Shown: positions 18,746 to 27,995, counted from the first letter of the stretch. The stretch is 64,000 bases of DNA from Acidimicrobiales bacterium (GCA_041394285.1 JAWKIL010000003.1:186441-250440), one strand, 5' to 3'. The notes: generated by a model from the sequence alone, not told the origin. Numbers and translations are program-made.

Positions 18746-19585
18746 ATGGAGCTCGAACCGATCGCCTGGGGCTACAGGCTGGTGGAGGGGCCGCGCACCG
18801 ATGCCGAGGGCAACCTCTACTTCACCGACGCCATGGGCGGCGGCGTCTACCTGCGCACCACCGACGGCACGGTCACCACGCTGGTTGAGAAGCGCAAGAT
18901 GGTCGGCGGCCTGGCCCTGCACCGTGACGGCGGGTTCGTCATGACCGGCCCCAACGTCGCCCACTGGAACGATGGCGAGGTGCGGGTGCTGCTCGAGAAG
19001 GAGGGGGTGAACTCGTTCAACGACCTCCACACCGACGGCCAGGGCCGGGTCTACGTGGGCGCCATCCGCTCCTCGCTCGACGATCTGAAGGCGGAGAAGG
19101 TGCCGGGGGAGTGCTACCGCATCAACCTCGACGGCTCGGTCGACGAGCTCTACGGCGGCATCGAGGTGTCGAACGGGATCGGCTTCTCGCCCGACGGCCA
19201 CACGCTCTACCACGTCGACTCCACGTCGAAGGGCATCTACGCCCACGACATCGACGCCGACGGGAACGTGTCGAACCGTCGCCACCTCGGCCGGGCCGCC
19301 TTCGAGCGAGGCATCCCCGACGGCATGTGCGTGGACGCCGACGGCAACCTGTGGGCGGCCCACGTGGGCGGCCGGCGGGTCGTGAAGCTGTCACCCGCGG
19401 GCGACGAGCTCGACGCCATCGCCGTGCCGGCCAAGGCCGTCACCAGCGTCGCCTTCGGCGGGGCCGACATGGGCGACATGTACATCGTCACCGCCGACAA
19501 CCTCGACGACGAGGCCAAGGGAGGCACGATCTTCCGCTGCCGCCCGGACGTCACCGGCGTGCCCACCCCGCTGGCCGCGGTGTAG
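18746..19585 (+). CDS. SMP-30/gluconolactonase/LRE-family protein
   Basis: ATG 18746 follows GGGGGGA. The sequence EGPRTDAEGNLYFTD ... SNGIGFSPDG ... PDGMCVDADGNLW shows the beta-propeller lactonase pattern. Confidence 0.7.
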   Translation: MELEPIAWGYRLVEGPRTDAEGNLYFTDAMGGGVYLRTTDGTVTTLVEKRKMVGGLALHRDGGFVMTGPNVAHWNDGEVRVLLEKEGVNSFNDLHTDGQGRVYVGAIRSSLDDLKAEKVPGECYRINLDGSVDELYGGIEVSNGIGFSPDGHTLYHVDSTSKGIYAHDIDADGNVSNRRHLGRAAFERGIPDGMCVDADGNLWAAHVGGRRVVKLSPAGDELDAIAVPAKAVTSVAFGGADMGDMYIVTADNLDDEAKGGTIFRCRPDVTGVPTPLAAV

Positions 19586-19604
19586 CCGGGCGGGGGCCGG
19601 GCCG

Positions 19605-20153
19605 GTGAGCACCGCCCTCGACGCCCTGGCGCTGCGGCTGTCGATCGAGGAGTTCCTGTACCTGGAGGCCGAGCTGCTCGACGACCACCGCTACGACGAG
19701 TGGCTGGACCTGCTGGCCGACGACATCCACTACTGGGCCCCCACCCAGGCCAACCGGTTGCGCCGGGACCGGGGCCGGGAGGCGTCGGCCCCGGGCGAGG
19801 TGGCCCTCTTCGACGACGACAAGACCACGCTCGGTTGGCGGGTCCGCCAGATGGGGCTGGCCACCCACTGGGCCGAGGATCCGCCGTCCCGCACCCGCCA
19901 CCTGGTGTCGAACATCCGAATCGCCCCCGGCGAGCGGGCGGGTGAGGTCGCCGTGCGCTCCAACTTCGTGTGCTACCGCAACAGGCTGCGGGACGAGGTG
20001 GACCTGTGGGCCGGGGAGCGCCACGACGTCCTGCGCCGGGTGGAGCCGCATGGCGGGACCGACGGCGGCGGGCCGGGCTGGCTGATAGCGAGGCGGACCA
20101 TCACGCTCGACCAGAACGTGGTGCTGTCCAAGAACCTGAGCGTGTTCTTCTAG
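19605..20153 (+). CDS. aromatic ring-hydroxylating dioxygenase, beta (small) subunit
   Basis: 182 aa. EEFLYLEAELLDDHRYDEWLDLLADDIHYW is typical of the NTF2-like beta subunit. Confidence 0.75.
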   Translation: MSTALDALALRLSIEEFLYLEAELLDDHRYDEWLDLLADDIHYWAPTQANRLRRDRGREASAPGEVALFDDDKTTLGWRVRQMGLATHWAEDPPSRTRHLVSNIRIAPGERAGEVAVRSNFVCYRNRLRDEVDLWAGERHDVLRRVEPHGGTDGGGPGWLIARRTITLDQNVVLSKNLSVFF

Positions 20154-20164
20154 GAGGGGGCCGG

Positions 20165-21532
20165 ATGAGCGCCGACGACACGAAGCTGGAGGAGCTGGTC
20201 CGCTGGCGGGAGGGCCTGGTGAGCGGCGAGATCTTCGTCGACCCCGGCATCCACCGCCAGGAGACCGAGCGGGTGTTCCCCCGGGCCTGGAGCTACCTGG
20301 TGCACGAGAGCCAGCTCCGTCAAGCGGGAGATTTCGTCACCACCTTCATCGGGGCCGACCCGGTGCTGGTGGCCCGCCAGCGGGACGGCTCGATCGCCGC
20401 CATGCTCAACTCCTGCCGCCACCGGGGGATGGCCGTGTGCCGGGCCGACGCCGGCCACACGAGGGCCTTCACCTGCCCGTTTCACGGTTGGACCTACGAC
20501 GAGGCCGGGCGGCTGATCAACGTGCCCAACCTGGAGAACGGCTACCGGGGCCAGCTCGACACGTCGGCCTGGGGGCTCACCCCCGTGCCCCGAGTGGAAA
20601 GCTACAAGGGCCTCGTGTTCGCCACGTTCAGCCCCGACGCCCCCTCGCTGGTCGACTACCTGGGGGAGATGGCGTGGTACCTCGACTGCCTCGTCGACCG
20701 GCGGGAGGGCGGCTCCGAGGTGACGGGCGGGGTGCACAAGATCCGCATGCACGGCAACTGGAAGCTGATCGCCGAGCAGTTCGCGGGCGACAACTACCAC
20801 GCCGGCATCACCCACGCCTCGGCCGCCGGCGCTCTGGCCGACAGGCCGCCGGCCGAGGAGTCGGCTCCCGAGAGCCCGGCGGCCCGGCGGGCGATGCAGT
20901 TCACGGCGGCCATGGCCCGGCCCGGTCGCCAGTTCAGCCACCGCCAGGGCCACGGCGTGGCCGGGTTCTTCACCAGCGACAAGGCTCTCACCGGCGGCCT
21001 GCGCCAGATGGCCCGCGACCAGGAGGTGGTGGCCGACTACTACGACGCCACCGACGCCGAGGTGGCGAACCGGCTGGGAGCCGAGCGGGCCAAGGGCCCG
21101 TCGGGCACGGCCGGCCTGGTGTTCCCCACGTTCATCTACCTGGCCGGCGTGTTCGGGGCGTCCACCATCGGTGTGGCCCACCCGGTGGGGCCCGAGCACT
21201 TCGAGCTGTGGCGGTGGTGCCTGGTGGATGCCGCCGCCCCGCCCGAGGTGAAAGCGGCGATGGTGCGGTGCCACGCCGTGTGGCCCCTCGGTCTGGCCGA
21301 CGCCGACGACGGCGAGAACTGGAGTGCGGTGCAGGCTGCGCTGCAGGGGCCGATGGCCCGCCGCCAGCTGTTCAACTACCAGATGGGCCTCGGCCTGGCC
21401 GGCCCCGACCCGGTCTACCCCGGCACGGTGTCGCCCGAGCCGATCGGGGAGGAGCCCCAGCGGGCCTTCTACCGGCGGTGGCTGGAGTACATGACGACGC
21501 CCGACACCTGGCCGGCGGTCGCCGGAGAATGA
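20165..21532 (+). CDS. aromatic ring-hydroxylating dioxygenase, alpha (Rieske) subunit
   Basis: ATG 20165 follows TAGGAGGGGG. Rieske motif CRHRG-x15-CPFHGW. Mononuclear iron motif DNYHAGITH. Confidence 0.85.
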   Translation: MSADDTKLEELVRWREGLVSGEIFVDPGIHRQETERVFPRAWSYLVHESQLRQAGDFVTTFIGADPVLVARQRDGSIAAMLNSCRHRGMAVCRADAGHTRAFTCPFHGWTYDEAGRLINVPNLENGYRGQLDTSAWGLTPVPRVESYKGLVFATFSPDAPSLVDYLGEMAWYLDCLVDRREGGSEVTGGVHKIRMHGNWKLIAEQFAGDNYHAGITHASAAGALADRPPAEESAPESPAARRAMQFTAAMARPGRQFSHRQGHGVAGFFTSDKALTGGLRQMARDQEVVADYYDATDAEVANRLGAERAKGPSGTAGLVFPTFIYLAGVFGASTIGVAHPVGPEHFELWRWCLVDAAAPPEVKAAMVRCHAVWPLGLADADDGENWSAVQAALQGPMARRQLFNYQMGLGLAGPDPVYPGTVSPEPIGEEPQRAFYRRWLEYMTTPDTWPAVAGE

Positions 21533-21551
21533 CGGGGCCGCCGGCTGTCGT

Positions 21552-22292
21552 CTAGCCCAGCACCCGGCGGTAGAGGCTGATCAGACGCTCCCAGTGGCGC
21601 TCGGCGGCGGGCTGGTCGTAGCACCAGCGGCCGGGGAAGGCGAAGCCATGGTGAACATCGGGCTGGATCTCCAGCTCGCCGGCCACGCCCGAGGCGTCGA
21701 ACAGGTGGCGCAGCTCGGCCACCATGTCGGGCGGGGCCAGGTCGTCGTGCTCGGCGCAGCTGATGTAGATCTCGCCCGTGATCCGGCCCAGGTTGAGGTG
21801 CGGGCTCTCCTCGGCGTCGGACACGAGCCAGGTGCCGTAGAACGATGCTGCGGCCCGCACCCGATCGGGGAAGCGGGCGGCGGCAGCCAGGGCGTAGGGC
21901 CCGCTCATGCAGTAGCCGTGGGCCCCCACGGCGCCCGAGGCGGCGGCCTCGAAGCCGTCGATGAAGGCCAGCATGTCGGCCACGTCGTCCATCACGGGCG
22001 GGATCGTCATCTTGGTGCGCACGGCCCGCATGCGCTTGTAGTCGTCGCTGCCCGGGGTGAGGACGTCGGGGCCGTAGTAGGTGTCGGTCCCGGCCCGGTA
22101 GTAGAGGTTGGGCAGCAGCACCACGTACCCCACCGTGGCCAGGCGGCGGGCCATGTCCCGCAGCTCGTCGCGCACGCCGGGGGCGTCCATCAGCAGCAGG
22201 ACGGCGGGGTGGGGGCCGCCCTGCTCGGGATGGACGACGAAGGTGGGCATGGCGCCGGCCCGGGTCGGCAGGTCGATCTGATGCTCGATCAT
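21552..22292 (-). CDS. dienelactone hydrolase family protein
   Basis: 246 aa with the nucleophile region GYCMSG and a C-terminal HHGF. The family pattern holds throughout. Confidence 0.75.
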   Translation of the reverse strand: MIEHQIDLPTRAGAMPTFVVHPEQGGPHPAVLLLMDAPGVRDELRDMARRLATVGYVVLLPNLYYRAGTDTYYGPDVLTPGSDDYKRMRAVRTKMTIPPVMDDVADMLAFIDGFEAAASGAVGAHGYCMSGPYALAAAARFPDRVRAAASFYGTWLVSDAEESPHLNLGRITGEIYISCAEHDDLAPPDMVAELRHLFDASGVAGELEIQPDVHHGFAFPGRWCYDQPAAERHWERLISLYRRVLG

Positions 22293-22392
22293 CGGGGCCT
22301 TCTCTCCTGATGCTGTCTTGTGCGCCCCGGCTCGGGGGTCGGTACGATTCCTGACTCACCCACTCAACTTTCAACTGCGGCGGGAGCCCACC

Positions 22393-22926
22393 TTGTCTAC
22401 CTCCACCAACCTCAACACCGGAAACCTCAACGACGTCAATCTGGAGGCCGTCGCCGGCCTGGCCGGCAAGGTCCAGGAGAACCCGGAGGTGGCCGACACG
22501 GTGTGGCAGGCCACGGTCACCTGGAACGGTGCCTTCCGCTCGTCGGCCCAGGTGCGCCAGTTCGCCCCGCTGGCCTCCGACGAGCCGGTGGGCCTGGGCG
22601 GCACCGACACCGCCCCCAATCCGGTGGAGCAGCTGCTGGGCGCGCTCGGCAACTGCCTGGCCGTGGGCTACGCCGCCAACGCCAGCGCCGCCGGGATCGA
22701 GATCCGCAGCCTCAGCATCGACCTGGCCGGCGACCTCAACCTGAAGACCTTCCTCGGGCTGGAGCCGCAGGGGAACGCCGGCTACCAGGGCATCACGGTG
22801 GACGTGCACCTCGACGCCGACGCCAGCCCCGAGCAGCTGGCCACCCTCCACGAGGCCGTGGTGGGCACGTCGCCGGTGGGGCACACCCTCCAGCGTCCGG
22901 TCCCGGTGCAGATCCGCCTGGTCTGA
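22393..22926 (+). CDS. OsmC/Ohr-family peroxiredoxin-like protein
   Basis: GGTDTAPNPVEQLLGALGNC and a C-terminal SPV motif. The start is probably TTG 22393 (GGGAG upstream), whereas the track ORF starts at 22318. Confidence 0.7.
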   Translation: MSTSTNLNTGNLNDVNLEAVAGLAGKVQENPEVADTVWQATVTWNGAFRSSAQVRQFAPLASDEPVGLGGTDTAPNPVEQLLGALGNCLAVGYAANASAAGIEIRSLSIDLAGDLNLKTFLGLEPQGNAGYQGITVDVHLDADASPEQLATLHEAVVGTSPVGHTLQRPVPVQIRLV

Positions 22927-22958
22927 CCCGCTCCGTCCGCCGGGTCAGTCGGGTCTGG

Positions 22959-23933
22959 CTACCCGGCGTCAGACGAGCCCGGGGACGGCCCGGCCCAGGC
23001 GGTGCGGAGGTGCTCGGCCAGCGAGGCCACGGTGGCGTGGGCGTTGAGGCCCGACGGGTTGGGCATCACGTAGGCCGGGCGGCCGCCCACCGGGCGGTCC
23101 TGCCAGCCGGCGATGGCCCGCCGGTCGACGGCGGCCCGCCAGCCGCTGAGACCGAGGAAGCACACCGCCGCCGGTTCCAGCCACTGCGCCAGCCGGTCGA
23201 TCCGGGCCAGCCCGTCGGCCAGCTCGGTGGCGCTGAGCTCGCCGGCCTGGCGGGTCGCCCGCTTGACCAGGTCGGTGAACCCGATGCCCCCGGGGCGGGC
23301 CAGGCGGGCCGGGTTGCGGGGCCCGTCGTGGATGCCGGCGGCGGCCAGCGCCGGCCAGAACCGGTTGCCGGGACGGGCGAAGGCGAACCCGGCGTCGGCG
23401 GAGTAGAGCGACGGGTTGAGGCCCACCAGGAGGAGGCGGAGGCCGGGGCCCACCGTGTCGGCCAGCGTGCGGGCCCGGGCGCCGCTCAGGGTGAGCGTCG
23501 GCGGGTCGCGGGTGATGTGCAGCTCGTCGAACCCGGCGCCGTGGGCCACGTCGGCCAGCTCGGCCTCGGTCCAGGCCGAGAACAGGCGGTGCTTCGTCCC
23601 GCCGGCCACTACCGCCAGGTCGTCGTCGGCCCAGCGCTCCTCACCTTTCCCTTCGAACACGACCAGCTCGATCGGTGCCCCCACCGCCAGCACCCGGTGG
23701 AGGTCCCACAACGCCATCGGGAAGACGGTGCGGGGCACGTGGACGTAGGTCTTGGCGGCCCAGGCCGCACCGCCGGCCCCGGTGCGGAACGGGAGTGCGG
23801 CCAGGTCACCCCGCACCCGGATGGCACCGGGGGCGTGCCCGGGGACGAGGCGCAGCATGGCGGCGGCGGCGTCGAGGGCGACGACGGGAGGGCCCGCCTC
23901 GTACAGCTCCATCGTCTCCCGGTCGAGCGTCAT
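22959..23933 (-). CDS. fusion protein: N-terminally truncated class I methyltransferase-like domain + Mug/TDG-family G:T/U mismatch DNA glycosylase
   Basis: The C-terminal half has LLLVGLNPSLYSADAGFAFARPGNRFW and MPNPSGLN (family 2 UDG motifs). The N-terminal 150 aa aligns to methyltransferase motifs after motif I, and no GxGxG is present. Confidence 0.6.
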   Translation of the reverse strand: MTLDRETMELYEAGPPVVALDAAAAMLRLVPGHAPGAIRVRGDLAALPFRTGAGGAAWAAKTYVHVPRTVFPMALWDLHRVLAVGAPIELVVFEGKGEERWADDDLAVVAGGTKHRLFSAWTEAELADVAHGAGFDELHITRDPPTLTLSGARARTLADTVGPGLRLLLVGLNPSLYSADAGFAFARPGNRFWPALAAAGIHDGPRNPARLARPGGIGFTDLVKRATRQAGELSATELADGLARIDRLAQWLEPAAVCFLGLSGWRAAVDRRAIAGWQDRPVGGRPAYVMPNPSGLNAHATVASLAEHLRTAWAGPSPGSSDAG

Positions 23934-24095
23934 CCCCGCCAGTCAACCAGAGCCGGTGCCGCCTATCGGTGTCGCGGTGTGCGCGCTGACCGCAACAGTT
24001 GCGCCATCGCTTCGAACTGTGTCGCGGTTGTGCTGACGCTGATCACCCGACCGGTTCCGGTCGCGACGGTACGGGTACCGTTGGCGACAGGTGCC

Positions 24096-25304
24096 ATGAC
24101 CTCCTCGCCCATCGCCATCGCTCCCGGTCCCGCTCCGCCCGGCGACACCGCAGCCGAGGTTGGCGCACGGGACCGGCGCCGGCTGCACGCCGTCGACGCC
24201 GCCCGGACCCTGGCCATCCTCGGCATGTTCGTGGCCCACGTGGCCGGAGCGGCATCTCAGCGGTGGACGTTCCTGCGCTGGGTGAACGGCTACTCCGCCG
24301 GCGGGTTCGTGGTCCTGGCCGGCGTGTCGATGGGCCTCACCCGGCGACTCGCCGTGCCCGGATGGCGAGCCTGGCCGCCTCAGGTCCTCCGGTCGGTGCT
24401 GCTGTTCGCGCTCGGGGTGGCGCTGGCCCGGATCAGCTTCGGGCCGGTCGTCATCCTCGGCGTGTACGCCGCGTTGTTCCTGGTGGCGCTGCCGTTCCGC
24501 CGCCTCGGCGGGCCGGCGCTGGTGGCGATCGGGCTGGTCCTCACGGTGGTGTGGCCGGTGGTCTCGCTGTGGCTGCGCACCCGGGTGCTCGACGGTTCAA
24601 CCGTCGCGCCCGGCTACCACGTGACCTGGACGATGCTCACCGGGCCCCGACCGGTGGCCACCGTAGCCCGCACCCTGCTGCTCGACGGGACCTATCCCTT
24701 GCCGACGTGGCTGTCGCTGGCCCTCGTGGGCTGGGGGGCGCAGCGGTGCGGGTTGCTACGGCGGGAGGCGCTGGGCCGCCTTGCCGCCGCCTCGGCCGTG
24801 ATGCTGGCGCTCGGGTTCGGCGGGTCGGCCGTGGTCGAGGCGGCCACCGGAGCCCGGGCCGAGCTGGTCGACCGGTTGGCCGCCGATGGCACCACCCGCT
24901 CCTTCGACGACGGCACCGGTGTGCCGGTGTCCACCGATGCCGAGGTGCTGCTCACCGCCGGCCACCACACCGGCACCACGTTCGAGCTGTGGCAGATCCT
25001 CGGCGTCACCGGGGCCGCCCTCACCGGGTTCGCCTCGGCCGAACGGTGGGGGAGCCGGCTGCTGGTTCGGGTGGCGGCGATGCCGGGGCGGATACCGCTG
25101 ACGGTCTACTCGGCCCACATCGTGGTGGGCTGGCCGATGGCGAAGTGGGATGTCGGGTTCGGGCTCAGCCCGGTTCCCCAGGCCCTCGTGCTGGCAGCGT
25201 TCGTGGCCGGCGCGTTCGTGCTGGGGTGGCTGTTCCGGAACCGGCGGGGCCCGCTCGAGTGGGCGCTCCACCGGGCGGCCCTCAGTGTCACACCGCCGGC
25301 GTAG
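24096..25304 (+). CDS. polytopic membrane protein, DUF1624/DUF418-like (acyltransferase-3-like) family
   Basis: This is the real 3-prime part of the 994-aa track ORF. ATG 24096. RRLHAVDAARTLAILGMFVAHV is followed by about 9 TM segments. Confidence 0.5.
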   Translation: MTSSPIAIAPGPAPPGDTAAEVGARDRRRLHAVDAARTLAILGMFVAHVAGAASQRWTFLRWVNGYSAGGFVVLAGVSMGLTRRLAVPGWRAWPPQVLRSVLLFALGVALARISFGPVVILGVYAALFLVALPFRRLGGPALVAIGLVLTVVWPVVSLWLRTRVLDGSTVAPGYHVTWTMLTGPRPVATVARTLLLDGTYPLPTWLSLALVGWGAQRCGLLRREALGRLAAASAVMLALGFGGSAVVEAATGARAELVDRLAADGTTRSFDDGTGVPVSTDAEVLLTAGHHTGTTFELWQILGVTGAALTGFASAERWGSRLLVRVAAMPGRIPLTVYSAHIVVGWPMAKWDVGFGLSPVPQALVLAAFVAGAFVLGWLFRNRRGPLEWALHRAALSVTPPA

Positions 25305-25399
25305 GCTCGCTCTCGCCGGTCTCCACAAGGGATTCCGGCCTCGGGGCTCCAGCCTCCTTCAGCCAGCTCGCTCTGAACCGGAGGAGTACCCTTGTGTCC

Positions 25400-26047
25400 A
25401 TGCCTGCCCTGCGGTTCGACGACGATCAGCCGATCCTCGATCCGGACTCGTTGAAGGTGCCCGAGAGCGCCGCCCACCGGGGGGCCATCGATCTCGTCGG
25501 CCTCGCCGTCTCCCACCTCCTTGGATCCCAGGTCCAGGTGTTCCGGGACATGAACTGGTACCCCACCGACGGCGGCGGCCCCCTCGCCCCCGACCTGATG
25601 GTGCTGCCGGCCGGCACCACCGAGCCGTCGCCCACCTCGTACCGTCAGGACCGGACGGGCGGCCCGCCCCCACTGGCCGTGGTGGAGGTGCCGTCGCCCA
25701 CCGATTCCTACGTGTCGTTCCGGGCCAAGGCCTCGCGCCTGCATCATCTGGGCGCCGTGGTCTACCTCGTGATCGAGCAGTCCCCGGGACAGGCCGTGCT
25801 CCGGCTCGGGCCCGGCGATCGGGAGCCGCAGCCGTGGTCCGGCCAGCCGATCGAGGAGCTGGGTGGTATCCGGCTCGCCTTCGAGGCCGGCGAGCTGGTG
25901 CTGACCACGCCGACCGGGTTGCGGGGCACGAGCGATGCCGATCTCCTGGCCAGTATCGAACGCCGGGCCGAGGAGCGGGTGGCAGCGCTCGTCCGCCAAC
26001 TCGAGGCCCACGGGATCACGCCCGAGATCGACCCACCGGCCACCTGA
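25400..26047 (+). CDS. Uma2-family (DUF820) endonuclease-like protein
   Basis: The pattern PDLMVLP ... PPPLAVVEVPSPTD ... KASRLHHLGAVVYLVIE is typical of Uma2. GGAGGAG is upstream. GTG 25394 is an alternative start. Confidence 0.65.
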   Translation: MPALRFDDDQPILDPDSLKVPESAAHRGAIDLVGLAVSHLLGSQVQVFRDMNWYPTDGGGPLAPDLMVLPAGTTEPSPTSYRQDRTGGPPPLAVVEVPSPTDSYVSFRAKASRLHHLGAVVYLVIEQSPGQAVLRLGPGDREPQPWSGQPIEELGGIRLAFEAGELVLTTPTGLRGTSDADLLASIERRAEERVAALVRQLEAHGITPEIDPPAT

Positions 26048-26062
26048 CGGCTCGGCGGCCGT

Positions 26063-26554
26063 TCAGCCCGGCGGTTCCTCCAGCTGGAACGGCGTGGCCG
26101 GGGCTCCGTGTTCGAGGATGTGGGTCAGCAGCTCCACCAGATTGGCTGGCCGGATGCTCTCGGTGGTCACCTCCAGGTCGGGGATGGTCCACCAGCGGTG
26201 CTCGGCGTAGCCTTCGGCCAGGAGCAGGTCGTGGGGCAGACCCGGAGTGACCTCGAAGGCGTGGCACGGCACGAGGAACACCAGCTCCTCCTGGCCGTCG
26301 AACTCGGGGGAGATCCCGGGCGCCACCACCCGGCGGTGCCACACCGGTGGGCCCAGGAACACCTGGGGCACGCCGGTTTCCTCGGCCAGCTCCCGGTGGA
26401 GGGCGGCCACGTGATCCTCGCCCGGCTCGATCCCGCCCCCGGGTAGTACCCAGCCGGTCCAGTCGGGGTACTCCAGGCGGATGAGCAGGATCCGATCGGC
26501 GGGATCGATCATGAGGCCGCGCACGGCCTGGCGGAAACGGAGACGCGGGACCAC
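26063..26554 (-). CDS. NUDIX hydrolase
   Basis: NUDIX box: GGGIEPGEDHVAALHRELAEETG. Confidence 0.85.
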   Translation of the reverse strand: MVPRLRFRQAVRGLMIDPADRILLIRLEYPDWTGWVLPGGGIEPGEDHVAALHRELAEETGVPQVFLGPPVWHRRVVAPGISPEFDGQEELVFLVPCHAFEVTPGLPHDLLLAEGYAEHRWWTIPDLEVTTESIRPANLVELLTHILEHGAPATPFQLEEPPG

Positions 26555-26618
26555 GCCACAGTTCTAGCGGTTCGTCCCATCGGGGGCGAGCCCGTTCCCG
26601 GCGTGGTGGAATGGCGGG

Positions 26619-27116
26619 ATGGACGTCTCCGGCGTGTACCTCGAGCTCTACGGTCGCATCCCGCCCCTGGCGGCGCGGGCGGTGAAGGATCTGACCCCGG
26701 CCCAGCTCACCCAGCTGCCGGCCGATGGCACCAACCCCATCGGCTGGCTGGTGTGGCACCTGGCCCGGGTGCAGGACCACCACGTAGCCGAGCTGATCGA
26801 CGGCCCCCAGATCTGGGAGGGTGGCGACTGGGCCGGCCGCTTCGGCCTCACCCCCGACCCGGCCAACATCGGGTACGGCCACCGCCCGGCCGACGTGCAC
26901 CCCGACGGGCCCGATTCGCTGCTCCAGTATCTGGACGCCGTGCAGTCCCGCACCGTCGACTACCTGGGCACGCTCGACGCCGCTGCGCTCGACCGCATCG
27001 TCGACCGTCGCTGGGATCCGCCGGTCACCCTCGGCGTCCGCCTCGTCAGCATCGCCGACGACTCCCTCCAGCACGTCGGCCAGGCCTGCTACCTCCGCGG
27101 GTACTTCGGCTGGTAA
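26619..27116 (+). CDS. DinB-family (DUF664 / mycothiol-transferase-like) protein
   Basis: 165 aa. IGWLVWHLARVQDHH and a C-terminal DDSLQHVGQACYLRG carry the His triad pattern of the DinB fold. Confidence 0.6.
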   Translation: MDVSGVYLELYGRIPPLAARAVKDLTPAQLTQLPADGTNPIGWLVWHLARVQDHHVAELIDGPQIWEGGDWAGRFGLTPDPANIGYGHRPADVHPDGPDSLLQYLDAVQSRTVDYLGTLDAAALDRIVDRRWDPPVTLGVRLVSIADDSLQHVGQACYLRGYFGW

Positions 27117-27175
27117 GCCGAAGGGTGATGCTGCGGCTGGTAAGCCGAAGGGTGATGCTGCGGCTGGTGGGCCGA
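27108..27175. repeat. 27-bp tandem duplication (2.5 copies) spanning the DinB stop codon
   Basis: GGCTGGTAAGCCGAAGGGTGATGCTGC occurs at 27108..27134 and 27135..27161, with a partial third copy to 27175. Confidence 0.9.
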
Positions 27176-27200
27176 TCGCCGGCCTTGGCGCCGGCGCGGT

Positions 27201-27995
27201 TCAGCGGGAGCGGAACATCCGGTCGAAGTTGGGTTGGCCGGTGGCGGCGGTGACGCCCCCGTCGACCACCAGGAGGTGCCCGGTGATGTAGCTGGCGTCG
27301 TCCGAGGCGAGGAACGTGATGGCGCCGGCGATCTCGTCGGGCTGGCCTGGCCGCTGCATGGGGATGAGCCGCTCGTATTCCTCGGGCCACCGCTCCAGCA
27401 CCCGACGCAGCATCGGGGTGTCGACCCCGCCGGGGCACACGGCGTTGATCCGCACCCCCTCGGGGGCGTGGTCGATGGCCAGGTTGCGCGTCATGTTGGC
27501 CACGGCGCCCTTGGCCGTGTTGTAGGCGACGAGGCCGTAATCGCCGTACAACCCGGAGATCGAGCACGTGTTGACGATGTTGCCGCCGGTGGCCCGCAGG
27601 TGGGGGATGGCGTGCTTGGCCCCGAAGAACACGGAGTCGACGTCGACCGCCATCACCCGATGCCACTGCTCGGCCGTGATGTCGGGGGCGAGGCCGTAGT
27701 GGCCGATGCCGGCGTTGCTGATCAGCACGTCGAGCCGGCCGTGGGTGTCGACGGCCAAGGCCACGAGGGCCGCCACCTCGTGCTCCAGCGACACGTCGGT
27801 GACCCGGGTGGTGGCGGGCGCCCCGGCTGCGGTCAGCTCGTCGGCCATGGCGGCCAGGCCCTCGGCGTTGAGGTCGGCGAGCACGAGGGCCGCTCCTTCG
27901 GCGGCCAGGCGGCGGGCGGTGGCGGCCCCGATGCCGGAGGCGGCGCCGGTGACGACGGCGACCTTGCCGGCGAAACGGGAGGGGAAGGCGATCAT
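27201..27995 (-). CDS. SDR-family oxidoreductase
   Basis: This is the real 3-prime part of the 573-aa track ORF, starting at ATG 27995. Motifs: TGAASGIG, NAG and YNTAK. Confidence 0.85.
   Translation of the reverse strand: MIAFPSRFAGKVAVVTGAASGIGAATARRLAAEGAALVLADLNAEGLAAMADELTAAGAPATTRVTDVSLEHEVAALVALAVDTHGRLDVLISNAGIGHYGLAPDITAEQWHRVMAVDVDSVFFGAKHAIPHLRATGGNIVNTCSISGLYGDYGLVAYNTAKGAVANMTRNLAIDHAPEGVRINAVCPGGVDTPMLRRVLERWPEEYERLIPMQRPGQPDEIAGAITFLASDDASYITGHLLVVDGGVTAATGQPNFDRMFRSR

Noticed and set aside
23934-23945. In-frame TGA 9 nt upstream of the Mug-fusion ATG considered as a second Sec codon that would restore the missing methyltransferase motif I.
   Set aside because: Translation upstream of the TGA (track ORF 23943..24239) is Gly/Arg-rich nonsense, antisense to the neighbouring membrane-protein gene start. 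It contains no GxGxG methyltransferase motif.
22320-24095. The 5-prime 590 codons of the 994-aa ORF 22320..25304, and the 5-prime part of 23999..26047.
   Set aside because: These are read-through of open frames across the OsmC and glycosylase genes. Recognisable proteins start only at 24096 (membrane protein) and 25400 (Uma2).
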